Shown: positions 46,105 through 58,820 of the stretch, one piece after another | Layout: each line of letters begins with the position of its first letter | Numbering within the stretch: position 1 is the stretch's first letter | Source: Lingula anatina | Taxonomy: Eukaryota; Animalia; Brachiopoda | Assembly: GCA_051362555.1 (NCBI GenBank) | Contig: CM120647.1 | Coordinates: 5,890,001 to 5,954,000, forward strand | Direction: 5' to 3' | DNA length: 64,000 nucleotides | Program-made: the position numbers and the translations under genes | The notes under the pieces: model-generated | Told to the model about the DNA's origin: nothing | What the model saw: the letters and a program-made list of their open reading frames with translations, nothing else | The model's database searches: none

Positions 46105-48136
46105 TTAAGAGGGCAATTTTCTTCAAGTTATCCCAATGTGCTGCTGTCAATAGCAAACTTATTTCTACAGCTATTCATTTCGTATAATCATTTTATTATA
46201 TAATGCAGAGAGCGGGAGTTGTGATACTCAATAAAATTTCCTGGCCTGTATGTCAACCATTGAAATTAAAAGCTCCCGTCGAATACACTAGACACCAGTT
46301 TACTATCCCCCCCACCCCTTTTTGGCACCAACATTAATGCGTTACAAATTATCTTCCGATATATGTTGAATTACCAAATATAGCCCACATAAAAAATTGT
46401 CACTTCAACTTGAACCAAACTCGGACTGAAACTTAAGTTGAAAACGGAGCTTACCGTACGTTATAGACTCATTCCCAATGACGCTACGGAGATCGAAGCG
46501 ATGCAATTCCGCGAACCTCTTGCTGAATTAACGGATTAACATGCCTCCTCTTAGTGGCCGATTTAGGAGCCCCCTCCCCCCCTCTTTAAATAACCCTGAA
46601 TCTGTCCCCTATTTTAGGGGCTAATCCAACTCGGGGAAGGCTTGGTATCGGCTGGAATTATTCCCGGAGAAAAAAAAAGTTGCGCAACACCGCAGCTTTA
46701 TTTCCAAAACCAAAAAGCAATTTTATTACCTGGACATTGCCTGGTTTTATGGAAGAAATCTACGTGACAGAAATCGCCAAATTTTAAATAAGATGAGGCA
46801 ATTGAAGAGAATTTCAACTGATAAACGAGCCGCGTGCACATGCATGCAACTCCATTAAAATTAATTTGAAGTCTGGTGATTATTTTGCCATATGTACACG
46901 CCTTCTGTTTTTAAACAAAAAGTAAAAATTATAGAATATAATTTTATTCAACTTTTATATACAGCAACATCCAATTTCAAAAGCACTTGAACAATCATTA
47001 ATGAATCATGTAAACGCAATGAATCTATCAACGGTAGTACCCGATGCTCTCGGGCCGTGGGGAAAAACCCGTCTAAACCCTTCGTGGGGAATACCGGGAA
47101 AGTGCCCACGCCCGGATATCTCATACACTATACTGGTACACAAGGTGGAGCACAAAAATTTACCTTTGAAATTTCTACGGAAAGAGGTAATGAAGCCAAT
47201 TAAGACACATTTAATCGAGTTTTAACACAATTAAACTGAGAATTCAAATTTACTTAAGGGGATGAATTAATAAATAAAGTGACTCAATTATTTTACAACT
47301 GAAAGCATCCATCAGAAATTGAATATAGTTCTTTTAAATGATAAAATATATAAAAAGTTCAGGTAATATGACTCAAACACCTTAAGGATTTAAACTAAAC
47401 TTTGACATATAACTCTGTTTAAAATAAGTTTCTCAAATGTAATTCTGCCCTTCAATCTCAACTTCATGTGCCTGTATGATACAAGTAAAGAATAAAGCAA
47501 GCTTGCTTTGAAATATTTCAGATCTCACATTACAATTTATGGCCGTCCATGTAAATTTCAATACGAATTTTTCGATCCGGAGAAAAGTGCATATGTGATG
47601 AATTGGATATATTTGTCAACTATAACACTTGAAGAAAATCATAATGTTAGTGATGTTGATAATGTGCGATCCTCTATCTTGAGAGATGACTGTGTGCACC
47701 CAGCCATCCCTCACGAGGAGCAGACTGTACAAAAAATATAATGAAATAAACGTAAAATATTTCATTATATCTTTTGCACAAGCTGTCGATGTAAAGCCTC
47801 TTCATGTAAGAGCATTTACATGAAGTCAGATTTTACAAAGATGTGAGGGTTAGTTGAGGTTAGTGTGCGGATTATGATCTTCTCAAACGCTATACTGACG
47901 AACAACTCCACATCATCAAAAGCACAAATTTGAAAATTGACTACCTCACTAAGATTGAAATAAAACACAGACGACCATAAGTGGTGGTGATACCAATGTT
48001 TTGTGAGCAAAAGTCTATCTTCATTTAGAATGTGGATAAAGCAACTGGGTATTCAATTTTAATTTTTAAAGCAATTATTATAATAAATGTAGAGGCAGAC
48101 TTAAAATTTTCACACAGAACAACAATTAATCTTATT

Positions 48137-48715
48137 CGAAGTAGCTAAGTGTAGATGTGGATGACGCCACCTCGCAGACAGACCAGAGTAGGACTCGCTG
48201 GACGCTTCTCCAATGACGCCACCTCGTAGACAGACCATGGGAGGACTCGCTGGCACCAAGGATTGATCGAAGTAGCTGAAGTGTAGATGTGGCCCTCTTC
48301 TCCTTGCAGTTGTCAGTGTGAGCTCTATCGAGAATCGCCATTATCGAGTTCTGTAAACAGAGAGAAAAACGGATTAATGACTTTTTCTACCTATGTCAGC
48401 ACTTTGCAGCCAGGCTTACCTGTAAGGGTTTTCCATCTCACTGAAACACCATGTGCCTTGGACGCTTCCCCAATGCAGCCACCTCGTAGACAGACCATGA
48501 CAAGGACGTTGGACGCTTCTCCAATGACGCCACCTCGTAGACAGACCATGGCAGGACTCGCTGGCACCAATGATTGATCGAAGTAGCTGAAGTGTAGATG
48601 TGGCCCTCTTCTCCTTGCAACTGCGAGAATCGAGAATCGCCATAATGGAGTTCTGTTAAAAGAAAGAAAAACGGATTAATGACTTTTCCTACCTATGTCA
48701 GCACTCTGCAGTCTG
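48137..48715. repeat. ~210-bp local duplication with ~50-bp subrepeats
   Basis: 48198-48410 is similar to 48510-48715. The subrepeat ggacgcttc.ccaatg..gccacctcgtagacagaccatg occurs at ~48200, 48460 and 48511, and partially at 48160. Confidence 0.85.
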
Positions 48716-49724
48716 CTTCCTGGACCTGAAATAGAAGAAACCTGGAACGCATGGAAATATATGCAATGACACTACAATAATACAACCCACAACAGCAGAA
48801 AGCCAATGATGTAGGCCTATCCTGCGAAGATTCCTGAGCGACGATTCCTCGTGGAGAAAAGCGAAGGTTTTAGCTGGCCAGCTTAGAGAAACGTCGAATC
48901 TACCGTCCAGACGACTCTGTGCAAGAAACAACATGTCGATGAGCGAGGCGTTGACTTGACGTGACGAAAAGATTCGGATGACTCCTGTGTCCGTTTGGCT
49001 CGATGCGGGGCGCAGTACAAGACATCCTTCCTGTTGCTCCAGATCTGTCTGCGTTGAATGAACGAAATTTCAAAATTCCGCGCTTTTATACCTTCAGTGA
49101 TATATATAGTCACATGGTGGCGTTCCCGTTGTCACAAATGGTCAGCTTGTTCATAGGGGGTGGTGTATGATTGTGATGCGTAAAACTGATTATAATATCT
49201 TATTTACATATAATTTTATTAACTTTTTTTTTACTTTGATTATTCTCTGTATCATTTTATTTTATAATAAGAGTAATAAGCACTAAGTAGTGACTTCGAA
49301 ATGTACAGGCAAATTTAATGACAATTTCTGAGCAACATATCTTCTCCCCAAAATTATAGTGTCCACGATGTCCGTTAAACTGGTACAGGTAGACGTGAAC
49401 TTCTCGTAGGCCACTATAGTACGTGCGTATTCGAACACTGTTCCAAAATGTGGATAATGGAATAGGGCGTAGGGTGACTGCATTTTCGAGGCAGCCTGAG
49501 GGAGCATGATTGTTTTGATTGTAGTGAACTATAGTGAGTCAATTGAAAGTACACTGGACTTACCACGTACAGCCACCTCAGTGCTCTAAAATAAATGTTG
49601 TAATCAACTGACTTGTTATTCTGAGAAATGAAAAACAAGTTATTGTGATTTTACGAAACAAAGAAAGCAGCAATAGGTCAAATGAAAAATATTGATTTAC
49701 TTATACCAGGCAGTAGAAATAAAT

Positions 49725-49755
<31 letters not shown>

Positions 49756-50041
49756 GCATGCGTCTATTGATATAGTTAATAACTAACAGCGGACGCGTCC
49801 CTTCATTACTTTGGGTTATCAGTGCTCTGATGCCAGTAGCACGATGAGTGGAGAAAAACAGGCAAATAAAATAATATATAAGACAACAAGATAAAAACCA
49901 AAAGGAAATATTTCCCATTCATACGTGTACTTCATCCGCTTAAACCTCAGGTGAGATCAACACTTCGCGTTGTAACAATTTTTGTTATAAGTCTCAGTGG
50001 TCACTGGCATCGATATCCTTTCACATCTCCCTGTCTAGCAT

Positions 50042-50045
<4 letters not shown>

Positions 50046-50104
<59 letters not shown>
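50046..50104. repeat. (TA)n microsatellite
   Basis: Seen directly. Confidence 0.95.
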
Positions 50105-50107
<3 letters not shown>

Positions 50108-50159
50108 TCCATTTAACAATTTCAAAAAACTAATTATAAATTAAAGACAGAAAGAATTG

Positions 50160-50480
50160 TTTGTTCAGGCGGAAGTTTACTTACATCAGTCTAACAACTT
50201 ACATAACTGCAAAAATAATTTTTCGATTTATCTGGTCTGACAAAAAAAAAAAACATAAACGGACTGAAATTTAAACCATCGTTACCGTTGCTCTCAGGGC
50301 TATCTTACACTCTCCAATCGATCTAGTTTATTTTTAACTCAAGTACAAAATCAGGAAGCGAATATGATGTCTTACGTCTCAGAAAATGTGTATGTTTTTA
50401 TGTAATTTAAGTAACGCAATGAATAGATTGCAGTGATCTTCGCGGTGGCTTTTAAAAATTGGCAAAAGAATTCGTGACGT
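50160..50480. repeat. Dispersed repeat with a diverged inverted copy at ~60140-60450
   Basis: ctccaatcgatctagtt...caggaagcga..acgtctcagaaaatgt matches in reverse acattttctgagacgt..tcgcttcctg...aactagatcgattggag. Confidence 0.55.
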
Positions 50481-50839
50481 CTTTTGGCGAAGGGGATTAT
50501 TTTCAATTGTCTGATGTTCTTGTTATATTTTAGCCATATATAGAATCTTCGATTCAGTTACAACCTTGATGAGATAGACGATATGGAAGCAGCTAGCCCC
50601 GGTCTTCCCTACAAAGAAATGGGAGGCGGACTTCGGTTCTAGAGCGGACTTCCATTCCTGTTACACGTTTAAGCTCTTTTCACACATCCAATGATAACAA
50701 CGCTTAATTTAGAATATTTATTTATTTATTTATTATTATTATTATTGTTACTTTTTTGCTCATCGGTCCCTTTTTGGCTCTGTTTTTGATTTTGTACATG
50801 CGCCTGCTGATTCCCCCAATATCGGATAGGACCGGATGA

Positions 50840-51005
50840 CAGGCGCGGATCCAGAGATATTTTTTGACAGTCTTCCAAATTATTTTTGTTGATGCATCCT
50901 CCATTTTTGACCGTCTTCCGACAAAAAAATGGATATTCGTCATTGTAAATTTGAAAATCTGACCGTCTTTCGGAAGACCCAGAAGACGGACTCAATCCGC
51001 CCCTG
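50840..51005. mobile_element. MITE with CAG...CTG ends and a 5-bp TSD (GATGA)
   Basis: gatga|caggcgcggatcc ... aatccgcccctg|gatga. Confidence 0.6.
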
Positions 51006-52239
51006 GATGAGTTACCGACATATCAAACAGCGCAAGCAGATGACAAACTTTGAAAGGCATTACGATGTACTTTGGTCAGCCTGCTGATTTTTAGGATTTT
51101 CCTCTTACCAACTTCTTTTAACGGAAAGACAAAAGGAAACACGTGTGTTTTCACGTTTTATTCGTCCAAGGCGAAGCAAAATGGCACCCGAACAAGACCC
51201 AAATGATGAAATGTGCGGTTTGGTAAAGCCTTAATGGGAAGAACAAAAAACGTAAAGCGTTGAGTATTTATTTATTTATTTATTTATTTTTATTTTGACA
51301 GGCTCCAACGAGCGTCATTTGAACAACTTCATGGACTATTCGTGTGTCACAGCTCTAAATAAATGTCCGCCGTCACTCACACTCATATATGGTCAGCTGT
51401 GACCTATTTCGAAATCCGGCAAGTAGAAAATTGAGAACATTGATGGCTTATGAAAAAGAGTTGAGATTTCTAAAAAAATTGTTATAGTTTAAATAAAAAA
51501 CGTCTGAATAACGAAAGCCATATGTAGTTTAATACTGCTCGTGTATACACATTGTGATTTTTTATTACTATTATTAAATAATCTTTAAAAAAGATCAGAT
51601 AGGTCAGGACGGTAAGTCTAAAACAAGAGATTAAAAAGAGTTTTTAGCTTTTCAGCAATGCACACTGGGGGTCAGAGGTCATTGAAATCTCATCTCTCCA
51701 ATAGTAGAGAGGCGACTTATTATTATTTTTTTTTTAATCTCTGAGACCCAGGGTGCAACTTAAACTGAGTTTGAAATTATTGCAAGACAGCAATAAATAA
51801 ATAAATAAAAACATTTCTAAAAAAATTAAAAGACAATAGCCGCAACATCAAATGGCTATGGCCGAATAGGACCTGGTTTACAGGAAGTCAAAAGTCAATT
51901 TTTGGGCTCAGATCTTAGCTGATTCAGTTGCGTTTCAAAAAAATTCTACAATATATGTTCACTCGCCTACTTTTTTAAAATTTTGATTGTCTTGACGAAA
52001 GCTTTTAAAATGTACTGACAATGTGCTGAATGTAGTGATATAAGCCCATTTAGATATATTAAGTACATTCTTGTTGGAACAATAATTCGAAAAGCATCTT
52101 GACATAATTCGCAAAATCGTCATTGCATAGTCGGCTATCCGCTTGTAGCCGTCCAAGTTTAGCCCATATATTTTCAGTACTTAAGGAACAGGTCCCCGTT
52201 GCAGTTCTATTGCCCATTGTTCGTTTTCTCCTTGTGTTC

Positions 52240-52279
<40 letters not shown>

Positions 52280-52751
52280 TTATTATAAATTTTTAAATGA
52301 TCTCTTTCGCTTCTTTGCTCGAGCATAGTGTAATTAATTCTGATTTGATTTTTTATAGGGCAACACTACATGGGCACATATACTGATAGCAAAATAAGCT
52401 GAAAATAGCTGAGAAAAGTAAAACCATATGAGCAAGCCTTTCAGTCTCCAGACTACTTGTGCAGATTACTGAATCGATCTTGAATGAGCAAATAAACTAA
52501 TATTTTCCCTTCAAATAAATAGATTCAATCTTTTCCGTTACCGACTGGTCCCATATACATAATCCGTTTTTTAGTAGCAGCGATTCCAGTTTGTTCTTGG
52601 GTTTCATATAGTTGCACGCACATGCACGTCCAGTTTTATTTTATTGCACTAGTGTCAAGTGAACGTGAAACCGAAGGGTCACCGTGACCGGTCCAGGACT
52701 TCTTCGGGGTCACAGGACCACAGACGAACAGCATTGGAATTGTCATCTGGT

Positions 52752-53609
52752 TTAATCGCAAACCTGTTGAAATTCTACAGTGGAAATATTAATGTGACCG
52801 ATTTGAAGAATCTCTGTGACTGCCGTCCCGTTTTTACGTCGTTCAACGAATGCGAATCTGTCCTTTAATAAATCACAATCGACCTGAGAAGACACTGCCA
52901 CATGCTTTTCAGTCATGTGACTATAGGAAGAGGAGTGGCACTGAGAAATATCGTAACCCCTTCGGAGCACCCGCTCAGGGTCACACGGGGCATGAAGTCT
53001 GAGATTCCCATAAGGGCGTTTTCGCAAGGGAAATACATCTCGTTTTTTAAAACAAAAAGTTCGGCTAAAACCAGATATATCGTCCCATATGTGTGTTTCG
53101 TTTTCCACGAAGAAAAACATATCAATATAGGGCCATTTAAACTGAAGCTCGCCAAGACTACGCCCTTCTTCGAAGTAAAACTTCCACTGGTAATTTTTGG
53201 GGGAATATACTTTAAGGTGTGGGGAAATGGAAGAAAGCACTTCTCGCGCTTTCTCCCGCTGTGTAGCGTTTATCAACATATCAACGTCGTCGTCCCAAGG
53301 TATTCTGCCGTGGTGACGATACGACCCGATCAAAGTCCCACCGTACATCATATGAACGATATTGTTTTGGTCCAAAGCGACCGTGAAAACCTTGAGTAAC
53401 TTCTCCTGCATTTGTGATTGGTTGGGCGTCAGCGCGTACCGGAAGAGATCGGGGTCATGTGACACAGTGACGCAACTCTGGGCGCGGTATGAGAAAAAGA
53501 AGAAGAATATATTGGCACATAATAATATCAACACAACAATCAGTAGTTTTCTACTGGTTAGTACACTGGATCTCCCCATCGTGGCGTTTGGCACTGCTCG
53601 TAACTTCAT
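52752..53609 (-). CDS. LicD-family (fukutin/FKRP-like) type II membrane phosphotransferase, ~285 aa, intronless CDS
   Basis: Contains the LicD signature YGGTLIGSYRHHGRIPWDDDVD plus WPYIDMF and APCDPERVL. An N-terminal hydrophobic anchor reads LLIVVLILLCANIFFFFFSY. The first ATG is at 53609 (alternative 53579); the track's start at 53639 is a TTG. Confidence 0.9.
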   Translation of the reverse strand: MKLRAVPNATMGRSSVLTSRKLLIVVLILLCANIFFFFFSYRAQSCVTVSHDPDLFRYALTPNQSQMQEKLLKVFTVALDQNNIVHMMYGGTLIGSYRHHGRIPWDDDVDMLINATQREKAREVLSSISPHLKVYSPKNYQWKFYFEEGRSLGELQFKWPYIDMFFFVENETHIWDDISGFSRTFCFKKRDVFPLRKRPYGNLRLHAPCDPERVLRRGYDISQCHSSSYSHMTEKHVAVSSQVDCDLLKDRFAFVERRKNGTAVTEILQIGHINISTVEFQQVCD

Positions 53610-54335
53610 TGATAGGTTTGTGACTTGACACGTTGGCAAAACTGAATCGTCAATCAGTTGTCAGTAATCTCATTTAAATCAGTAATCAGTCATCTCCTCA
53701 TCATTTGATGTCAGAGTATATGAACGAGAGGCGTCGACAAGGTAATCAAAGTTTGACGCCTTGGAGGATATATCATTGTAAGTTAGATGTCTTCAAAGTA
53801 AGTGAAAGCAAGTCGTCTTCAAAACTGAAGAAAGCACGGCGTCCTCAAAACACGTGGAATTTAGACGTCTTCTTAACATGTGATAGTCGACTTCACAAAC
53901 TTAGACGTCTCCTCTCCTCTTTGTTTACGTAGGTCTCCTCTATCGCAATTTCCGTCTAGAGATCGCATTTTGGATTCCTAGGCGAGTTTTCCTTCCCTTT
54001 TTTCCCATTAGTCTGTATACAGCTATGGGTGTTGAATAAAAGCTGTGGCTTATTTATTTGGTGCTGTCACTGTATCCAAAATAGCCCGCGAATGACCTGG
54101 TGATCTGTGTTAGCGGGATAAAGCTTGCCCATCCTTGTGCTAACTCAGCATCTTCTACTATCAAAGCAATTTCCTAAAGAACTCCTACAACACCTTTGAG
54201 TTTCTTTGTGCCCCTGCAGCAGTGATGACGTTTGCGCGATTCCTACAGAAGTAAAAGAAAAACAAGGATTAAAAACACCCTAAATTGAAAAATTACACAA
54301 ACTCTCTCACTCTCTCTCTCTCTCTCTCTCTCTCT

Positions 54336-54378
<43 letters not shown>

Positions 54379-55171
54379 ACCAGATATATACATTGTACAT
54401 CGAACATTCACACGACTATGAATAAAAATATATAAGACTGATAATAATCGTTGTGGGAAGAGACTCTGCATTGGGCTTAACCTGGCACGTAGTCAAGTGG
54501 AGCAATATTTTATATTATAACAATATTCCCATCGAAACTATCAGTCTCTCTAGATCGCTCCAACTCCGGGGGAACTCTCGCTGAATGCACTTGACAGTAA
54601 CCGCTTCATGAAGTCAAATTTTTGTCATAAAAACCAACCAAATGCCAGCATATAGTTTCAAGAAGTAAATCTAAGAGAATTACCAAAAGGCATTGTTTAA
54701 TTTTACCCAGAAGTGATGTTTGAACAGATTTTTCTGCTAGCATTCTACATGTATGCTGTATGTCAATGGGGCAGAAAAGTACTAGTAGGTCACGAAAGTA
54801 GGTTAAATTGACAACCAAAAATTTAAAGAAAGGAGCACTCTAAAGCTCTTTTATGGTTGATCGGGTGATTTATTCAGTTTATCCCTTGGCATGTCGAATT
54901 TATTAGAGTCGTAGAAGAAACCAGTAGAAGTGGTTACATGTGTTACTGGGAATCCGCGCTCCACCGATGCTCGGTTCGTATGTACCTTTAAAGATTTAGG
55001 AATACATCTGTTCATTATATAAATACATATTTGTTCACTCACAAACTGGTAACGCAAATACTAATTACAGAATGGTAATGCACCAATTTTGCTGTTATTA
55101 TTATATTATATTGTACAAGGTCATGATATTCTATGTAACAGTGCTGAAATGAATTGAATAATCCAAAATAA

Positions 55172-55422
55172 GGGCTCATTCCCATCGAAACACTCAGTCT
55201 CTGTAGATCGATCCAACTCCGGAGTAACTCTCGCTGAATGCAATCAGTTTACATATCAACCTGCCTCCTCTTGTTTCCAACGTACTTGTATAATCACCTG
55301 TTTTTCTGTATTTTACGCAACGCCAGGAGGAGGCTTTTTACTATGTTAAACTTACTGCAGCGAGAGTCCCCGCAGAGTTGGATCGATCCACAGAGACCGA
55401 TAGTTTCATTGGGAACGGGCCC
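55172..55422. mobile_element. Palindromic Harbinger-like MITE family B (TAA flanks); related copies at ~60650-60890 and a 5' fragment at ~54526-54600
   Basis: taa|gggctcattcccatcgaaac..tctgtagatcgatccaactc ... gagttggatcgatccacagag..gtttcattgggaacgggccc|taa. Confidence 0.75.
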
Positions 55423-55485
55423 TAAGATTCCCATAATCCGCTTCACGGCTTATGTGTTTTCAGTATCTAGGGTCGTCCGTATGTG

Positions 55486-55585
<100 letters not shown>

Positions 55586-56714
55586 CTGATGAAAGAGGAA
55601 AAAAAAAAAGAAAACTAGTATTTTCCCTCTCAACATGCATTTCCTGGAAGTATTCCTTGACAGCTTTGACATAACTTCCCACACTCAAATACGAATCGCG
55701 TTACTTCATTATCTCTTAAGACTTCTTACTACCATTGTTGTCGTGATTTGAAACACAAAGCCGCTCTCTATCTATCCACGACCAGGGCCACCAAATGAAT
55801 TTTTTTACCACGAGATATTCTCAGATACTCTGGCTAATTCATGGCCCATTTTTCCACGTGTTGCAAAAAAAAAAAAAATCCCATTATAATTATCCTGCAG
55901 CCCTGGTCGAGGGTTATGTCCATCTTCTGAAATCTAAGTCTCCAACAGAAAAGTGAGCTGATAAGAAGAATTGATCCTGGGACTGAGAGACGGTATTTTG
56001 TAGCAGTAAGTGGATACAATGCACGATATTGTACACCTGGGGCCCGTTTTATCCTCTTATATCAGAGCCCCACTAAAATACAGTACAAAATCACCCTGTT
56101 TTTCAACATTTTTGAACAGACTACTGTAGCGCACCCTGTGGGTCAGAGAGACCATTCAGAGAAAGTCGATCCGCGGACTACATATAGCCGACTAAACCCC
56201 CATTCAGAAAAGATGATCCGAGCACTAAATGATCCGCCGACTAAATATGACCGACCACACTTCAAAAGAGATGCCGCTGATTCTCAATGGCCTCCACACA
56301 CTGCGCAGGCCTTGCAATTTTAAAAACCTCCGAGCTGAGAATTGTGAAATATTTCTTTATTCACAGGACGACCGTCCAATAGATAGCAATTTCATCCATA
56401 GGAAAGTGCAATCCATTATCTCTTCTTTTGCTCCAATTTTTCAGTTACTAATTTTTTCGAATTACTAAATTAAACCACAACAATATGCCTTTATACCAGA
56501 AAAAAAAACCCACCCCTTGAAATAGTTAGCTAGGCCGGACCGAGCTGCAGCACCTTTAAGCCCCCCCAAAAAAATGCTAAATTCCATTAGTCGATTTTTT
56601 ATGTAGCTCAGACTGACAGTAGTGCATACTGATTAAGATTTTCTACATAAAGAGCAGTTTTCCACTGTAAATTATCTTGTCTGACAGTGAAGGCTGATGT
56701 TGTAAAAGTACTAA

Positions 56715-58820
56715 GTAGAGCCGCATTTTGCAACTGAACGCATTTTGCAACTGCAACGCATTTTGCAACCAAAGAAAATCGTGAAAACGCATTTTGCAAC
56801 CAAAGAAAATCGTGAAAACGCATTTTGCAACTGCAACGCATTTTGCAACCGGGATTTTTTTCTAAGTTCCTAAAACAGTTTGAGGTACGAAACAGGTAGA
56901 AATGGGGTGGGGACGGGTTTGCTTCGACGAGGTACGCTGAAACTGGACAGGCTGCCTCTAGGGCGGGGAAAATATATAATCTATTTCTCATTGTAATTTC
57001 TTATACCATTAGGGTTAGGAAGTTGAAACGTCAGGGAATAATAAAGATATTGTTAGGCATGTACATAGGGGTGTGGCCGTCCCTGTTATTTTCTGTTATC
57101 TACCCTTATATCTTTAGAATTAGGATATAAAAGCGTTGGGGATTTATACACCATCGTAAGAAATGTGCATGGGCACTTCGGAATTGTCTGTGACTTGGGG
57201 TGTAGTTGTCCCTGGGGGTGGTTAGAGATGTGCTTGGGCACAACGGAATTTTTGGTGATTTGGGGAGTGGCCGTCCCTGGGGATGGTTACTTGACTGTAA
57301 TATTTTCACCGTAATTTCTTTCATCTCCTTATCGACCATTCGAGTTATGAACATGAGTCTTTGGTGCATGGGTACAGGGGAATTTTAGTGTGACTTTGGG
57401 TGTGACTGTCCCTCAGGGGATGGGGTGATTGGTGGCATGTCAGACAATTAAGCTGATTCCACTGATTGCACTTAAGTGAGATCCCCTGCAGAGTTGGACC
57501 GACCCAGCTAGTAGGATGTGTGAATCTGAAAGCGGTCTTCGAGTTAAGAAGGAAAGGGGAATACAAAGAAAGCAGCAGACAGCACTTACAGACCTTTAGC
57601 GGTATGCTTGAATGTAGGTCAAGTTAATTAAAAACCCGTGCAAGACCCCATACTTTCAGGAATCCTTGTGCATAGCTTCTGTATAGCAACACACATGCTA
57701 ATTACTATTTATGATTAATTAACATGTTTGTTTTGTATTTAGGAAAAACGGCTGGTTGAACGCCAGTATTTCTGAGTGTGTAGGGCCTTATGGTTGGCAT
57801 GGGTCAAAAGGAGCAGCTTTAACTGGATTCCTTGACCTATATTCATGCCTACGACTGTAAGTCCGTTTAGTGCTATGTGCGCTGCTGCTGTTCTCTACAT
57901 TCCTCAAAGACCCATGCACATTCATAAAAAGTGACTGGTTTATCAATCCCCAACGTTTCAAGTTCCTAACTCTAAGAGTAGATAGTAGAAATAACGGTGC
58001 AAAAAATAGAATCAGCCACCCCCAGGGACGGCCACACCCATCAAAAACGCAGAAGGATCCATACATATCACTAAAGACATGTTTTCAATCCCCATAGCCT
58101 TCCGTTCCTAATTTATATGGTCTAAAGGTAGATAGCAGAAATTACAACGTCTAATTGTATTCAACCACCCCCAGGACCACACCCTAAGTCAAAAAAATTA
58201 AATGCCCTTCAACATCCCAAATGATACTGCAGCTACGTTTCATGTTTTAACTCAAATGGCCGATACAGCAGAAGATACGTTGTAAAATTAGAATCAACCA
58301 CCCCCAGGGACAACCACACCCACGTCACAATAAATTTCCGAAGTGCCCATGCATATTTCTTACGATAGTTTATTGATCCCCGACGTTTTTATTTCCTAAT
58401 TCTGAAGATATAAGGGTAGATAGGAGAAAAATACGAAGTAAAAAGTACAATCAACCACCCCTAGGGACGGCCGCACCCCCAATTTAAAGAAATCCGAAAT
58501 CCCATGCACATGCCTAACAAAATGTTTATTAGCGTTTAGACTTCCTAACTCTAATGGATTAGGAAATTACAATGTGAAATAAGTTTTATATTATCGTCCA
58601 CCCCAGGGGCAGCCTGGCCAGTTTCAGCATACATAGTCGAAGCAAACCCGTCCCCACTCCAATTCTACCTGTCTCGAACTTCAAGCTGTTTCAGGGACTT
58701 AGAAAAAAAATCCTGGTTGCAAAATGCGTTGCAGTTGCAAAATGCGTTTTCTCGGTTTTCTTTGGTTGCAAAATGCGTTGCAGTTGCAAAATGCGGTCAG
58801 TTGCAAAATGCGGCTCTACA
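56715..58820. mobile_element. ~2.1-kb non-coding foldback-type DNA element with long modular inverted arms
   Basis: Ends are gtagagccgcattttgcaactga / tcagttgcaaaatgcggctctac. It has terminal arrays of cgcattttgcaac, recognisable inverted similarity for at least 500 bp, and ~150-bp internal subrepeats containing ccacccccaggga. Confidence 0.85.

Noticed and set aside
48460-48550. Repeated LRGG (ubiquitin C-terminal motif) in one minus-strand frame
   Set aside because: All three frames are open across this short repeat and there is no ubiquitin-like domain upstream, so it is probably chance. It is noted only within the cassette finding.
52902-53399. 165-aa plus-strand ORF (and similar antisense ORFs at 3494-3943, 14811-15185, 35082-35445)
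   Set aside because: They are antisense shadows of real coding exons and have no recognisable motifs.
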